64,000 nucleotides of DNA from Eledone cirrhosa. Lineage: Eukaryota. The notes beneath the pieces were generated by a model. It saw only the letters and a program-made list of their open reading frames with translations, was not told where the DNA came from and made no database searches. Numbering within the stretch: position 1 is the stretch's first letter; each line of letters begins with the position of its first letter. Shown here piece after piece: positions 50,353-64,000 of this stretch. The stretch spans positions 122,698,001-122,762,000 of the forward strand of contig OZ024743.1 in assembly GCA_964016885.1 (NCBI GenBank). Direction: 5' to 3'. Both the position numbers and the translations under genes were made by a program.

Positions 50353-52910
50353 TTTGAGTTAGGAGAAGAGCCGTGTTGTGTTCGAAAGACCCCTCAGATT
50401 GAAGCTGGAAGTCCTCGACCATTAAAATGTATTGCGTGGATATAGCCAGTTTCATAAATGCCTCCTCTCTGATCATTGGAAGCTTATCCACTCCAAGTTA
50501 GAAGAGGAACACGCATTTTTGACGTATCGGTTTGACGTGTCGGTTTTGCATTAACAATTTATTACACTTACTTTCCATAATTTATTATCTATGTATATGA
50601 TATTTTCGCGATAAAAACGTCTAACACTTAACATTATTGGATTTAAGAAATTCCTTGGGATTCGATCTGTCGTTTAATATTGTGGCATCGTCATCACACC
50701 TTCTTTCATCGACAGACGTTCATGAGAATCTTATCGAAATATTCTTCCTATTCAGCACCCCGGGGATATCTATCTATCTATATATATATGTGTGCGTGTG
50801 TTTTGTGTGAGTATATGATGATGATGATGATAAGTATAAATTGGATATAAACATTTAGATTAAGAAGGAAATATAATTATTATAAATACGGCGGAATACT
50901 AGGAGAACTGCTAAATAACGGTTCAGTAAATACAATTACAAGTTAAATAGTTTTATTACGATATATTTAAACGGAAAATATAATAATAAATATCTAACGT
51001 GTCTACAGGCACCAACACAAATACAATAATGTAAAGATATACTCTAGAGATAAGGCTATATACATAATATAAATACCACTTTCATTAGGATTGACAGCTA
51101 TACAAAAAATATCTTTCATTAGATATATGAAATCAAATTAGATTAATCTACAAATTTTGAATTCTTGAATATATATTATTGAGGTGGCAGTGCTTCATAA
51201 CATAGATTGTAATTATGAGACATGATAATCATGTTACAAACATCCTCATCATATATTAGTTGAAAATATGACATCTTACGGAAAAATAATTTAAGAACAA
51301 AAACATCCACTATTATTACTGACTCAGTGGTTGTGTGCTTGACTGTTGGCATTTTAATTCTAAGCTTCAGGAAACGGTTACATTGGTAGAAATAAAACAA
51401 CGAATTGGCCATTGGAAATATCGAGGTTGCAATAACACGACATTTACAATGCAAGTATGGTAGAATTCAACCGAATATGTATCTCTGAGGGTCATTTATG
51501 ACATGAAGGTTTTTGCTAATAAAGGCTACGCATTAAACAGAACAGTTTTCAATTGTATAAAGTGATATGTAAGAATGTATATGGGTCACAGAGGTTAGAA
51601 TACTAACGTGCTAGACGTTTATTTATTGAGATCAAATAAATAGATCAATTCTCCGAAGCGCCACTTAGATTTACATATATATCCACGTTTAACTTAAATC
51701 TTGTAATTGAACATGATAGAAATATTTGGAATAATCGACATCAAAACTCATTGACAGACACATGCAAATTGCTACGTCCTTCTCTATGTAAATGGTGTTA
51801 CAGATAAGGCATAAATCAAGTTGCTGTGGCCTTAAGTACTCCCAAATGGATTGTAAATCTTTTTATGTATTCAGTATTACTCGTATTTGCTGTCAACGAA
51901 TCTCTTAAAAGTCAATATGTGCACAGAACGTTTTTTTCTTGCACAATTCTTCAAACTAGTACAACACTCTTTTCCTTAATCATTCCCATAGTTTTTATAT
52001 TATTTTCCTTCACACTTCCGCACCATTAGAATATCTTCTAGGCATATTATGCTAGCAATATTATCAATATTTGTTTTATTAGCAAATGCAAACATATTTG
52101 AAATATGATCTATGTCTGAAATTTACTGTTGCACCGGAGGTTCTATATTACTTTACCATAGGGAACTTGGTAATCTAAGTAAGAAAACAAAAATATATTT
52201 TTAGGGCGGGGTTTTATGAAAGTTAATTGTAAACGAATAGACTACGCATTTTTTGGCAAGTATACTTTCTAGATCAAGTGTACGCTTTGGCTGCAAATGT
52301 AACTGGATATCTCAGGATGTTTGCTATAACAGAAAAAATCATTAAGGAGTTGACACTGGTGTCTGTATACATGTAAAAATGTAACGAAGTTAATTCAATA
52401 GAACGATACAAATTATATACATTTCTTATAATCACGTGTGGAACATAATTAATTGTTTTAAAAATATGTTTGTGTGTATTTAGGGGTGGAATTTATATAT
52501 AATGGAGTAAGATATGCTATTAATCTATTTTGAAATATATATATTTTTGAAATATATATATATCCTTTATTCTATTAGAAAAATGTGAGTTGAATGTATT
52601 ATGAATTTGTAACTATACAGAAAAAATATAATAGTCAAACAAATTATTGCTTGTATGTTAACAGAATAATGCAAACCTTACAATAAGTGGATATTTTGCA
52701 AATGTTTATCTTTAGTTGAATACCGTTTAAATGTTTTAAGATTTCCATTGGTATGAAGAAGTGCATCATAACTTCATTTGAAGTAACATAATAAATTTGA
52801 TTGAGAAAATGAATTGTAATTTGTTTAGTGATAAACAAAATTATAAGGATGATCTGAATATACGCGCTGGCACAGTTGTTTGAAGACGGTGAATTTGCAA
52901 ATGTTTAGAG

Positions 52911-53190
52911 CAGTTATGGGCAACCTGCGGCCCGCGAAGCTTTCTGAATGGCTCGCTTAATTGAAATCTTTCTAATTTTTTTACCCAAACTTTCAGTCGT
53001 AATTTATCTTTCTATCATTTATACGATCGAGGAAAACAACGTATATGAATTCTGAAGAAATAAATCAAAACAACCTGAGTTACCGCCCCTCTTTTAATGT
53101 GGGCACGAATCTAACTTAGCGCTTGCGGCCAGCCTGGGGATGAGCCATATCTCCTGCGGCCCGCTTCTCGAAAAAGGTTGCCCATGCCTG
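52911..53190. mobile_element. hAT (Charlie-type) MITE
   Basis: TIRs CAGttATGGGCAACCT / AGGTTGCCCATGCCTG; perfect 8-bp TSD GTTTAGAG at 52903-52910 and 53191-53198. Confidence 0.9.
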
Positions 53191-54354
53191 GTTTAGAGGG
53201 TCGGAGTGAATGTTTTGCGGTGTTTTCCTCCTCAGCTTAAATCTAGCCAAGATCAAATTTATTTATTTTATCTTGATCGAGAAATAAACTACTGTTTAAG
53301 TACTACGAGGTTTCCTCTCGTATACTCTCTTAGAATCGGCTATAGACGACATTATGGTATTTTGTAAAGAAAAAAAAAAAGTCAAACAAAAAACACTTAA
53401 AAAAGAAAGCGGGAAAGCACTTTTGTGTTCTATCAAGACAATTCCATAGTAAGTACCTAGCGTTTGTCCAGTAAGTCACCATCTGTCGGTTGTTGACCTG
53501 TTGGTGAAGGAAATGAAGGATGGTTCGCTGTTTAAGAAGTTTGTTTCGTAACCACATGGTTTAGGTTTGGAGGCTACGACCAGCACTCCAGACTAGTGCG
53601 TTCATCTAAAGTGTTGGCTATAACAGTATGTTGTGAATGGAATTTAGGTGTCAGAATCAATGCAAAAATCCATTTTATATAAACAATATATATTCAAATA
53701 TAACTGTTATATAGGTATATTTGACATCAACATTACATATATCTTTATGTGTGTGTGTATCTGTGTTTGTCATTATGTATACACCGAACAAATACGGGTG
53801 CTGTTGTGTATGTGCCATAAATTAACGGTTCGACAGTTAAGTACTGAAGTTGATTAAAACTATAATGATGGTGCCCTAACATGGCCACGGTACAATAAAT
53901 CAAGCTAGTAAATGAGTATAACCAATAAGACATTTATATATTTATGAAAACATTGTAAATTAGTATATGTTTGGTTGTATTGGTAAATATAAATTCCCAG
54001 TAAGTCTTATTGACTCATCTGGATAAAATGTTATTTCTTTTTAGATTTCAGAGAAAGGTATGTATTTGAATAAGCATTACATTTTGAATTATGTATGAAT
54101 GTACTAAATGATAAATTTTCCTTCTGAATATTTTGTATATTTTAGTCAGTATAGAAGAGCAGTACACATCACCTTTTGCAGGCTGATGGGTGTAAAGGGA
54201 AGGAGAAACTCTGACACATCAGTTGTAGCTGTAGGAAGCAGCGCATTAAGATATCAAGTTTTCTTCAGACCGGAAAACAAAGCCGTATATATTCAACAGA
54301 GTAGAATCTAATAAAGACACCCAAGAGCGAAATTGTGGTGTTAAATTGAGCTAC

Positions 54355-54495
54355 GCAGTATGTCCACCAAAGAACAGTTATTGTCTTTCAGTTGAGCCAG
54401 TTCAAGGTTATGGCCGAAGATACTTGCCCAAGCTTCTACGCAATAAGATCGAACTGGAAACCACCTAATTGCACAACAAACCTTTTAGCCACAAA
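54355..54495 (-). mobile_element. Old CORE/Meta-like SINE remnant
   Basis: acttgcccaag...atcgaac...ttagccac is the reverse complement of a head plus core. Confidence 0.5.
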
Positions 54496-55740
54496 GACGT
54501 CCAATATTGCCACACCACAGCAGATTGGCCACTAAAAAATGAAATCTTAATTACTTTCTATACAATAGAATTAGGATAAAATCATTCGTATATTAAAATT
54601 GATAAACAGAGGTAATGTTTTTTAGCTTTCGCATAATTTAATTACATATCCAATATATCCCATAAATGACAATTACAAAGTCTATTGTTGTCATGAGCCG
54701 AAATAGAAATAAAAGTACTGTTAACACTATTATATCATTATATTGCAGCTTGCGAGTTTTGAACTGGTTATTCCTTTGTGAATTTGTGAGAGTTCTCCTG
54801 CGGAGAAACGAGGCGCCAACTTCAGAGGCCAGTTGGTTTGAGAGATAAACGAAAAAAAGATTCTAAATTTGATAGAGCGTAGAGAATATTTCTCTAGTTG
54901 GCTACCATCCCACGTTCAGAAGGTTTGCAGTGAAAATCTTTGTAAAACAGTGTATTCGGAAAATGCACGCCCTCCTAGAGATAATGACGCCGCATATCTT
55001 TGTTTTTAAGCGAATCGTTTTACTCTAGAGACAAATTTGACGATGCATTCCAGCACAACATGTTACTAAATACCTTTGAAGATGAATGTTCAGTAACTCT
55101 TTGTCCTACACTAAAATTTCTATCTCATTCATCTTATATGTTCCGAGAGAACCAATAATATTTTTGTTTGTTTGTTGAACATCATATATAGAATTATGAT
55201 ACATCTACTATTTGAAATGGATAATGTCAGTTTTCACTTGATGTTTCATTAATAAAATATTCCTAATCTGTATCAAATAATGGTAACTTTGCTATAAAAT
55301 CATTTGGTATCAATTTATTACGAACTGTCTGGATAGTTGATAGGAATATTGGATCCATCTACTAATATCTAATGCACTATATAAAAAAAAAAAAAGCATT
55401 TATCTGTTATTTTAAAATTTTCACCAAACAAGTGGTGTGACTGGTGTGATTCATATGCCACATAATTTAGAGGGTGGACTATTAAAATGTAGCTGACTAC
55501 ACAATTCCTCGCAGTGTATATTTAGTAATTTTGTATTAGTCTTTTGACAATACCATGATATATATGATTTCAGGAGTTTCATTAGAATTGAAATATTTTT
55601 ATCATTAATCTAAATACAAAAGAAGTAATGATATTTTCTAAATAGTATTTACAACGCTTCTAGTAGACTGATAAGTGTTTTACTTGACCCGATTGGACAC
55701 ACTACGAAAATAGATGGAATGGTCGTTGTTCCAGCTGGAT

Positions 55741-56122
55741 CTTCTTCTTCTTCTTCTTCTTCTTCTTCTTCTTCTTCTTCTTCTTCTTCTTCTTCTTCTT
55801 CTTCTTTTTCTTCTTCTTCTTCTTCTTCTTCTTCTTCTTCTTCTTCTTCTTCTTCTTCTTCTTCTTCTTCTTCTTCTTCTTCTTCTTCTTCTTCTTTTTC
55901 TTCTTCTTCTTCTTCTCGTCGTCGTTCTCCACCTCCTCTTAACCCACTTCTCCGCCCCTCATCCTCCTCATCCTCATCCTCACCCTCCTCGCCGCCGTCC
56001 TCCTTCTTACCTCCTCCCTCTTCTTCTTCTTCTTCTTCTTCTTCTTCTTCTTCTTCTTCTTCTTCTTCTTCTTCTTCTTCTTCTTCTTCTTCTTCTTCTT
56101 CTTCTTCTTCTTCTTCTTCTTC
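55741..56122. repeat. (TTC)n/(TCC)n trinucleotide array
   Basis: Directly visible; explains the poly-E/K/L/S ORFs. Confidence 0.95.
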
Positions 56123-56345
56123 TTTAGGACATTGCTGGAGAAGTAAGCAGGAAATTATACACAAGCTACTATTGTGGGAACCAACTCAAAGGAGACGCAG
56201 TAGAGGAATACCTGCTTGAACCTTCATCGATCAACTCTCAGGCGATACAAACCTCAGTGGGAACAGTTGCCAGGAGAAATGGAAAATCGTGAACTGTAGA
56301 GAGACTGTTAGGAATGTTCAATTGTGGTCGCAATTATCATTATTA
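56123..56345 (+). pseudogene. RTE-type LINE C-terminal remnant
   Basis: GHCWRSKQEIIHKLLLWEPTQRRRSRGIPA*TFIDQL matches the RTE motif GHCWRSK...W.P...R.RGRP..T.IDQL. Confidence 0.75.
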
Positions 56346-56499
56346 TTCGAAATTTCCTTTGAATGCTGCTTCTTTCCAAAATCTTGCCGAGTGTAAACCT
56401 GACGCCTGAGGCAAAATATGATAATACACACATTTTACAATCCATAGTCATACAAATGATGCCACAAATGTACAAGCAACAGTAAATGTCTTTGCAATG

Positions 56500-57010
56500 T
56501 TTTTAATTTGATAATGTACATGGACAGTGTCTGTATCTCTTGTAGAGATGGCTTACAAGGTATCTGGTCCAAATATCTTTTAGTTCGCCTTTTTATCATT
56601 CCAAGAGCGCCGACTATCACTAGTAATGTACGGACCTTAAGATGCCACATTTCCTTAATTTCAATTGATAGATCCTTGTATCTGCTGATCTTTTCAAACT
56701 CTTTCGAGATGTTACGATTTGATGGAATGCTTTCTCTTAATGGTCTTCAAAGGTATATAAGATTTGTTAGCCTTTATTTTTCTGTCAGTGTTCACAGGGA
56801 AATTCCATAGGATTGTCACGTTTTCGGCCCCTGTTATGACATCTGGGTGATGGTGGTATCACTTTCCATCCGTTGTCAATGGTCTCAACATGTTCATTAC
56901 AAAATGGGCACTTTTGGTCAGTTCTATTTCTGATCGCAATGGCTTGAAAGTTACGTGTTGAAAGAAAAGACACTGGTCTTCTGCAGCTAAAATACCTTTA
57001 GCCCATAAAT
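56500..57010 (-). pseudogene. R4/Dong-like (RLE) non-LTR C-terminal remnant
   Basis: GILAAEDQ, TRNFQA..RNRTDQKCPFCNEHVETID (CCHC knuckle), MWHLKVRTLLVIVGALGMIK..YLDQIP..PSLQEIQ. Confidence 0.8.
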
Positions 57011-57114
57011 CTGTAACCACTGATGGGTGAGTGTTTGATCTACATAAGGTTCTTTGCACGGAGAACATACTGCCCACACAGTGGTTTTTTCTCCCATTTA
57101 ATGCAACATTTTGG

Positions 57115-57790
57115 TGTTCTTTTCCCACTTATTCCTGAGAGGGTCGTGGTATCAGAGTTCTCAGATATACAACCGCTTCCAATCGATCCGGCTGGATCAT
57201 AAGCGAAACCAACCGAGCTTATGGATATTATCCAACCATCTTGCTCGTAGTCTAACTCTGGGCCTTCTGTTGGTCAGCTTTGTCCGTAAAATATTCCCGG
57301 CCATTCTTTCCGGAGACATTCTAACTACATGCCCGTAATACCGGAGCTGTTATCCCCGAGTTACACACACCATCGAGTAACGTTGCTCCAAAGATCCATC
57401 TAAGGAACCCCAATTCAGGCGCTCGTATTCGCGATCTCATTCTAAGATGAGCTATGTTCATGAACCCTTCCAAGATTGCGATACCAGTAATTCTTGTATT
57501 TAATCCAGCCTCCTGCATTCAATCTTTCATAAAAATGACTCCGAGATTCCTGACATTCCCCACCTGCTTCAATGCAAATCCACTCACACGAGGAGTGCAT
57601 TTGACAGTCTTTCCTCGCAGCACTAAATAAACCTATTGAAGATCAACTTTCGACTAATCAAGTAGTATCATGTCTGTAAATTCCAGTCGACTGATCCTAC
57701 CTCCGCCGGTTTTGAGACCACTATTAACGCGGCTAGGAGCGTCAATAATGTTCATGAAGATTATGAACAGGAGTAGTTTTAAGCCATCCC
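57115..57790 (-). pseudogene. RTE LINE 3' portion
   Basis: LLFIIFMNII..GRISRLEF; 3' end cgaccctctcaggaata shared with the copy ending at about 61587. Confidence 0.75.
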
Positions 57791-57794
57791 GGTA

Positions 57795-58080
57795 GAGTCT
57801 ATGCCAAGTGTCTGGCAAAGGAATGTAAGAATATTGTTGAGTCAACGCTCACTGATGAACATTGTGGTTTTCGACCAGGACCTAGCACAGCCGAATAAAT
57901 GTTCACCCTGCGGCATGTATTCGAGAGATCATGGGAGTTTTGCCAAGAGATGTATTCTTGTTTTGTGGCCCTCAAAAAAACATGCAACCGCGTTCCACGT
58001 GCCCTGTTGTGGAAGGTTCTGCAAGTGTATGGGATCAATTCACAGATTCTTGTTGCAGTGAAGTCTCTATACGATAAAGT
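57795..58080 (+). pseudogene. RTE LINE RT piece, inverted relative to its neighbour
   Basis: EHCGFRPG..FTLRHVFERSWEF..FVALKKTCNRVPRALLWKVLQVYGI..VKSLY. Confidence 0.8.
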
Positions 58081-58804
58081 TATATCTGTATTGTTTCAAT
58101 ATCTACGGCAATGTGTACTTTCTGGCATATTTATATGCCTACATATTAGATATATGACAAAAAAGAAAAACAACAGTTATGCTGTTAAAAAAAAAAGAAG
58201 AAAAACTGACACGTTGGTGCACTCTTGTTACACACTCTGTATTTATACAGATATAACTTTATCATAAATTTCGACTGCTATCGCACTTCTTAATACATAT
58301 CACAAACGATAATTATATGCAAGTTAGTACGTTCATTTCAGAAAAAATACAAATAGTGAATGGATATATGTTTCCTTGTGGATGATTGGAGGATATACAC
58401 GTCTTCGGATGAGCGTTCAATTAGATCCGAAAATTAAAAGTATTTATCATTTTTTCAATTTACAGGGAAATTCGTATTTTCTGGCATATTAGATATGTGC
58501 ATATAATTATTAACGACACAATTATATGCAATCAAACAACACCACACGCCCCATGCTTGTGTTTTGTATTTGATTCAACACCACCGTTTAAAATAAATAG
58601 CTTCAGCAAATAGTAAGTAACCCACTCAATAGTATGACATGAAATGTTATAAACCTTTGACTTCTCATAGATTTGTATGGGTGCCCTCTTTACAGTGTGT
58701 CTAGAGCATTTAAACATGTGGAGTTCATCACTTTCCAGGTGAGGTCAGAGGATTTTTTCCAGATAACTGAAGAGAAGCAAACAAGTGATATAGAGGATGA
58801 ATTG

Positions 58805-59035
58805 GTCCTAGCACTAGACTTTATTTTATCGACCTTGAAAGCATGAACGGCAAAGTTGTCCTCGGCTGGATTTAAATATCGAAATAAGTGCCTCAAAATG
58901 GAGTGGAAAATGTCGAAATAAGTGCCGCAAAATGGAGGGAAAATGTCGAAATATGTACCGCAAAATGGAGTGAAAATGCGAAATATGTGCTGCAAAATAA
59001 TCTCCGACGTTCTAACGACTCTTCTCCGTCGCTGC
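58805..59035 (-). mobile_element. Old SINE family 1 containing four copies of a 31-33-bp minisatellite (58874-58997)
   Basis: SINE motifs flank (aaatgtcgaaataagtgccgcaaaatggagtgg)-like repeats. Confidence 0.7.
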
Positions 59036-59569
59036 TGACTTTACTTTTGTTATAGATAACTAAAATAATTACCAAGCTAAAATAAGTACTAGACTTGATA
59101 TCGACTAAAACCTTGAAGACAGAACCAAAACATACGCTCAGTCCTAAGTGTCAAACACGTAAAATAATAATAGAATCTATTTTATTGATGAGACATTTGA
59201 AGATTGATGGGAAGGCAATATTTAAAGTTCTACTAAAGAGAAGTAAAGTATTGGTCATATAGTTTCTATTTCTATTTCTAATTTTCTCCTTGCAAAAGTC
59301 GTGTTCACACTACATCTACCAGTAATGTATATTCCTTCATTAGGCTTCAATGTTATACAGGACTAATGTATTCGAAGGTTACACTCAACTCTAAATTATC
59401 AGTTAGCTCTATAACATGTCACGCACCATATCCTTTACAGCTATTGGAAATAGATAAGTTCTAATTTTTGGCTCTTCATAGAAATCCTATGAAAATGTCC
59501 ACTTCCTGGTTTTAAGTAACTAGTTGTAGTACTAGATGGAATATTATTCTTTAGTTACTTACTCGATGA

Positions 59570-61587
59570 TATTTGCCTTCAAGTGATTTAATATGGAATA
59601 TATGTTCTTCTATGATCTCCTCGATTCTGTGTTAGATGCTCGTGTTAAGTGAGGGACTGAGCTGTCAACTGGTCATCTTTTAGTTACCTGCAGCCTGAGG
59701 CAAGCTAAAATTAAGAAAACTCACAAAATAGTCAGGTCCAACTGTGGGAAGCGCTGGTTGATAAAGAGTTCAAGACCAGGTATACGGATAGTATTACATT
59801 CAAACTGATGACGCTGTAACGGAAAGGAGACTGTGTAGCTCGGCAGTTTTCTCTTCAGCTGTTACATGCTGCGAGGTAAAGCGGCTTGATGTGGCGTAGT
59901 GTAGCAGGACTTCTTGGTTCAATCAAGAGAGCAAAGATACCATCCGAGAAAAGAAGGCTTACAAATCCCTGCTTGGGATTAAGTCCTCATTTTGCACTTG
60001 GCAGTCGTGAAAGGTTGGAGCAGAGACAGTAAAGAAGTACAAAGTTAAGACATGGGAAGATTTTGGGGTTAAGCTGGAATCCGACTTTTAGATCAGCAAA
60101 TGAAGTATTCTGGCAGACCATCTGCTGCTTTCATTCATCACACTTATCACCAAGAACGAGTCTAAGACTCTTCTATCTTCAGAGGGAGCACATCCGTGTG
60201 AGGTGGAGAGAATACTTTACTGATCTAAATTTTGAGGTAGATGAGTTGCATCCGGGAGTGATAAATAACCTCCCAGAGACTGAGGTTACCAGAGCAATAA
60301 GAGTTCAAATGAGGCAAGTCCTCTGAGGAGAATAAAGCCTTAAGGTGTTGAAAGCCTTAAGGAAGGTAGAGATGTAGGGACATTATGTAGACCAAGCGAG
60401 CTGACAAACAGTGTGACTTTCGCTCCGGACACAACACAGCGACGAATTATTTCCACTGCGGAAATTGTAGGTCTGTTGCCAAGAGATGTATGCTTGTTTT
60501 GTAAATCTGAAAGGGTCATATGACCGCGTTCTTGGGATCGTTTGTGGAAGATTCTGCAGGATTGCAGGATTGATAGACAGCTTCTTGTTGCCATGATGTC
60601 CCACTATGAATGGCCAGGTAGTTGTGTTCGGATAAATGTCGAAACCAGTCAATGAGGGTGTTGAACACCGCCAAGAGTATATTCTGTCACTTCCCCTGTT
60701 AAAAACTTTCATGATCAGGATTGTCATGTGTAGCCGGGCTGGAAGTGGTATCAAGACAGTCGGGTGTAGGATCAGTCGGCTGGAATTTGCAGACAATATG
60801 GTTTTACTTAACTCATCGGAAGGTGATCTCCGACATGCACATAATATATTTGATACCGAGTGTTGCACAGCTGGAATGAAAATCAGTGCTGCTATGACTG
60901 AGACACTCGTCCTTTCAAAGAAACCTGCGTAGTTAACTTTACATGTGAACGGAGTTCCACTACAGCTGGTGGAGATGTTCAAGTATCTCGGGGCCGGGTT
61001 CATGAGTGATGGAAAACAGGGGTCTGAATTGAGTGCAAGATATGCAGGAGCTGGTGCAGTAATGTGCTAGCTTTGGCATTCGGTCATCAGAAGGGAGGTA
61101 GGTGTGAAAGCAAAACTCGCTATCTTCAATTCAGCGTACGTGCCAACACTTACCTATGGTCACGAATCTTGGGTAATGACTGGAAGAATACGATTACGAA
61201 TGCAGGTGGCTCAAATCGGGTTCCTCTGAAGGATTTTAGAGTAACGTTATTTGGTGGCGTGCATAGTGTGTAAATCGGGGCTTCGCTCCATGTAGAGGCG
61301 CTACTCAAAAGTGAGAGATGACAGTACCGCTACTACGGAGGTGTGGAAAGAATGTGTAAGGAAAGAATTGCTGCACAGATTTTGTGGTTAAAACTAACTA
61401 GCAGGAGACCAAGGGGTAGACCTCGTGCATGATGGTTGTATAACATTTATGCGCTCTGCTCGTCTCGCTTGGGGATCTAGCCGGATCAAGTAAGGACAGT
61501 AGCTTCTGAAGAGTCCCTCTGGGAGGCGTGCCTGAGGACACTGCCTAATCGACCCTCTCAGGAATATGTAGGCAAAGAAGAAGAAGA
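59570..61587 (+). pseudogene. Decayed RTE (Expander/Rex3-like) LINE: end of APE, RT, (AAG)n tail
   Basis: LDARVK*GTELSTGHLL, RWREYFTDL, RISRLEFADNMVLL, MKISAAMTETLV, FKYLG, LTYGHESWVMT; ends aagaagaagaag. Confidence 0.85.
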
Positions 61588-62850
61588 TAAAAGCTATATG
61601 TTCTTCCACAGAGTTAGTAGAACCAAAATACCATGTAGTTCATAAGTATGGTTATAGATCAATTAATTTGCCTGAATTCCACAACTAGAATTTTATCATT
61701 TTCTCTGTACGTATTTTATTAACTGCTGATTCTAATTGAGGTACCTGGAACATATGGCAGCACTGTACATTCATACTAACCCATGTCATGAACCAGTTAT
61801 ATTTTTGAAAATACATTATTCTCTGATGACGTTCTCATCATGAATCAACATTAATTGCTATATAATCTAGTAAAGGATTAATAGGTAGTAGACTGAAACT
61901 TTTCCGTTGGCTATTCATCTAACTACCATCACTGACAATACTAATAACGGGGAACTTTCATACTAATTGAGCTAAATGCAATGAACCGTCCCTTTTCGCA
62001 GTTAATTCATTCTCATCATAGGGAAATAGCTATTTTAGTTCAGATAAAACAATACCAATTATTACATAGGATCTCCAATAAATGAAAGCTTTTACGAGAA
62101 CGAATGTATTTAAAAGTTGAAATATTTAGCTTACATTCAATACTGTAGAAAACAAGTTGCAAATAATCTATATTCTGATTCAGTAATAAACGTACAAAAA
62201 TACCAATAGTGCCCCTTCATTTGTGCAATATAAACACAATATTCTTCTAGTTACACATATAAAAAAGCAGATGTACTTATTTCCTCGAAATTAATTGCTT
62301 AAAGGATTGATTTAGCAATAAATGAATCAACATCGTTACATTACCAAGACATGTCAATAAGGAGATCTACTTTACGCTACAAGAGAAAAGATATATCAAC
62401 ATTTCCGGAAAACGTTGAGCTTTTCTGATTTGCATCAACTCTATATTCGTATTTGAATCAACTAGCTTTGAGTGATTTAATAGTTTCGCAATAAACAATG
62501 ACAAGGAAAAATTTAAGATATATTAACATGCCAGCTTTCTATTACAATATACCTTAAAATTAATTCTTTACTCTTATTGTCGTTATCCATTAAGTTAGTG
62601 AATAAGAAGTTATTTCTGTTTCTATTTATTCATATCCTCATTAATTCTTCTTTTATAGCTACAGTCACCATATGATAAATATTCTTTCTTTATTTACGAC
62701 GGAAGATTGTATGCATTATTTGGTTGTTTTTATGATTGTTCTCGTTGCTTTGCGGGTGTTCTTTGCAAATTGTTTAATTGTGACAAGTGTGGAAACTGTT
62801 TACATTCTATTATATTGAACCAGATATTGCTTCGATTTATTAGATTTTTA

Positions 62851-63032
62851 ATAATTGTTTCTACTTTAGGCACAAGGCCAGCAATTATTCCAGTGCATTA
62901 CTGGTACTTTATTTTATCGACCCCCATAAGGATGAAAGGCAAAGTTAACCTCGGCGGGATTTGAACTCAGACCGTAAAGGGACGTAACTATGCTGGATAG
63001 CATGCCGTCTGACCCTCTACCGATACTGCCAA
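62851..63032 (-). mobile_element. SINE family 1
   Basis: Reverse complement of the consensus seen at 14613 and 63325. Confidence 0.9.
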
Positions 63033-63324
63033 ATGTTTTCTGGTTTAAGCCTGGGGTTACCTATTTTTGTGTCTTACTGGTAATTTGTCTTGATTCCAGG
63101 CGGATGAAGGGTAAGATCTATTTCTATTTCGACACTTATCGATTTAAGAATATAAAGAGACGCAACTAATGGCTGTAAGGTATCGTTCCTATCGCTCTAA
63201 CATGTCTGTAATCCACTACTCTAATTAGATTTTTCTTTATATAGTGGGATTAATTTGAGAATTATTCCTTTATCTGATGTCAGTATCTCAAGACCTGGTG
63301 ATAATTTGCCTACATTATTTACTA

Positions 63325-63510
63325 CGTGGATTGGCAGTATCGGTAGAGGGTTGGACGCCATGCTTTCCAGCATAGTTACGTGCCTTTATGATCTGAGTTC
63401 AAATCCCGCCGAGGTTGACTTTGCCTTTCATCCTTACGGGGTCGATAAAATAAAGTACCAGTAATGCACTGGGTAATTGCTGGCCTTGTGCCTAAAGTAG
63501 AAACAATTAT
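63325..63510 (+). mobile_element. SINE family 1 with target-site duplication
   Basis: attatttacta at 63314-63324 and 63506-63516. Confidence 0.9.
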
Positions 63511-64000
63511 TTACTAGCTAACATAAGCTGTCGCACACCATACTGAAGCAATCCCAATGTTAGTAAGAAGATCCTCGAAATCCAAATGCTTGCGTTATTC
63601 TAGAGAACTTATTGTAAATCCAAACCAATCTAATGGACTTCACCTCACCTTCTGGTTATTAACTATTGATTGTTAAACTATGCAATCACGAGGTGAAGTG
63701 AAAATAGTATAGTAATCGAACCTGCAGTACAGCTTTTACTTGGTAGTAATAGAGTTATGGACGTTAATTTACATCTATTACATGGTACTCGTATCAAACT
63801 TAACAAAAAAAAAAGGAGAGATATATTCCTCACAATCCTATGCGTTGGTAAGTAGTTACCATTTTCGATCAATCGTTCTATAGTTAAAATTTACGATTAT
63901 AGTCAACATCCTTTAAATAGTTATGAAGAGGTATTAATACTCAAATATATCACTAGTCTTTACTTAATCAAACCAGACATATCTTGTATTCAGAACTATA

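Noticed and set aside
55649-56219. Poly-E/K/L/S ORFs
   Set aside because: They are (TTC)n repeat read in different frames.
61823-61850. CTGATGA as a hammerhead core
   Set aside because: No GAAA or stem I partner.

Overview
AT-rich, repeat-dominated eukaryotic DNA with no recognisable host gene. The SINE families and their tails look like those of octopus/coleoid cephalopods (inference from recall, not a database result). Roughly a third of the window is giant interrupted (TA)n arrays, which produce most of the long 'YIYI' ORFs; these are artefacts. Real coding content is all transposon-derived: a 5'-truncated but uninterrupted Penelope-like (PLE) RT+GIY-YIG ORF (9938-11522), a Naiad-like PLE 3' fragment, a CR1-group LINE present as two overlapping inverted pieces, RTE and R4/Dong-like LINE remnants, decayed hAT, MULE and Chapaev-like transposases, a hAT MITE, two tandem Helitron-like elements and many tRNA-type SINEs. 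The most striking unexplained structure is a set of at least six unrelated non-coding families inserted into (TA)n tracts as asymmetric palindromes or inverted pairs, plus a 472-bp tandem dimer. Several carry minimal type-I hammerhead ribozyme motifs (CUGANGA...GAAA-palindrome-UH), as known for PLE pseudo-LTRs and retrozymes. A 200-N gap lies at 49142-49341, and part of 33.8-44 kb may be assembly duplication.
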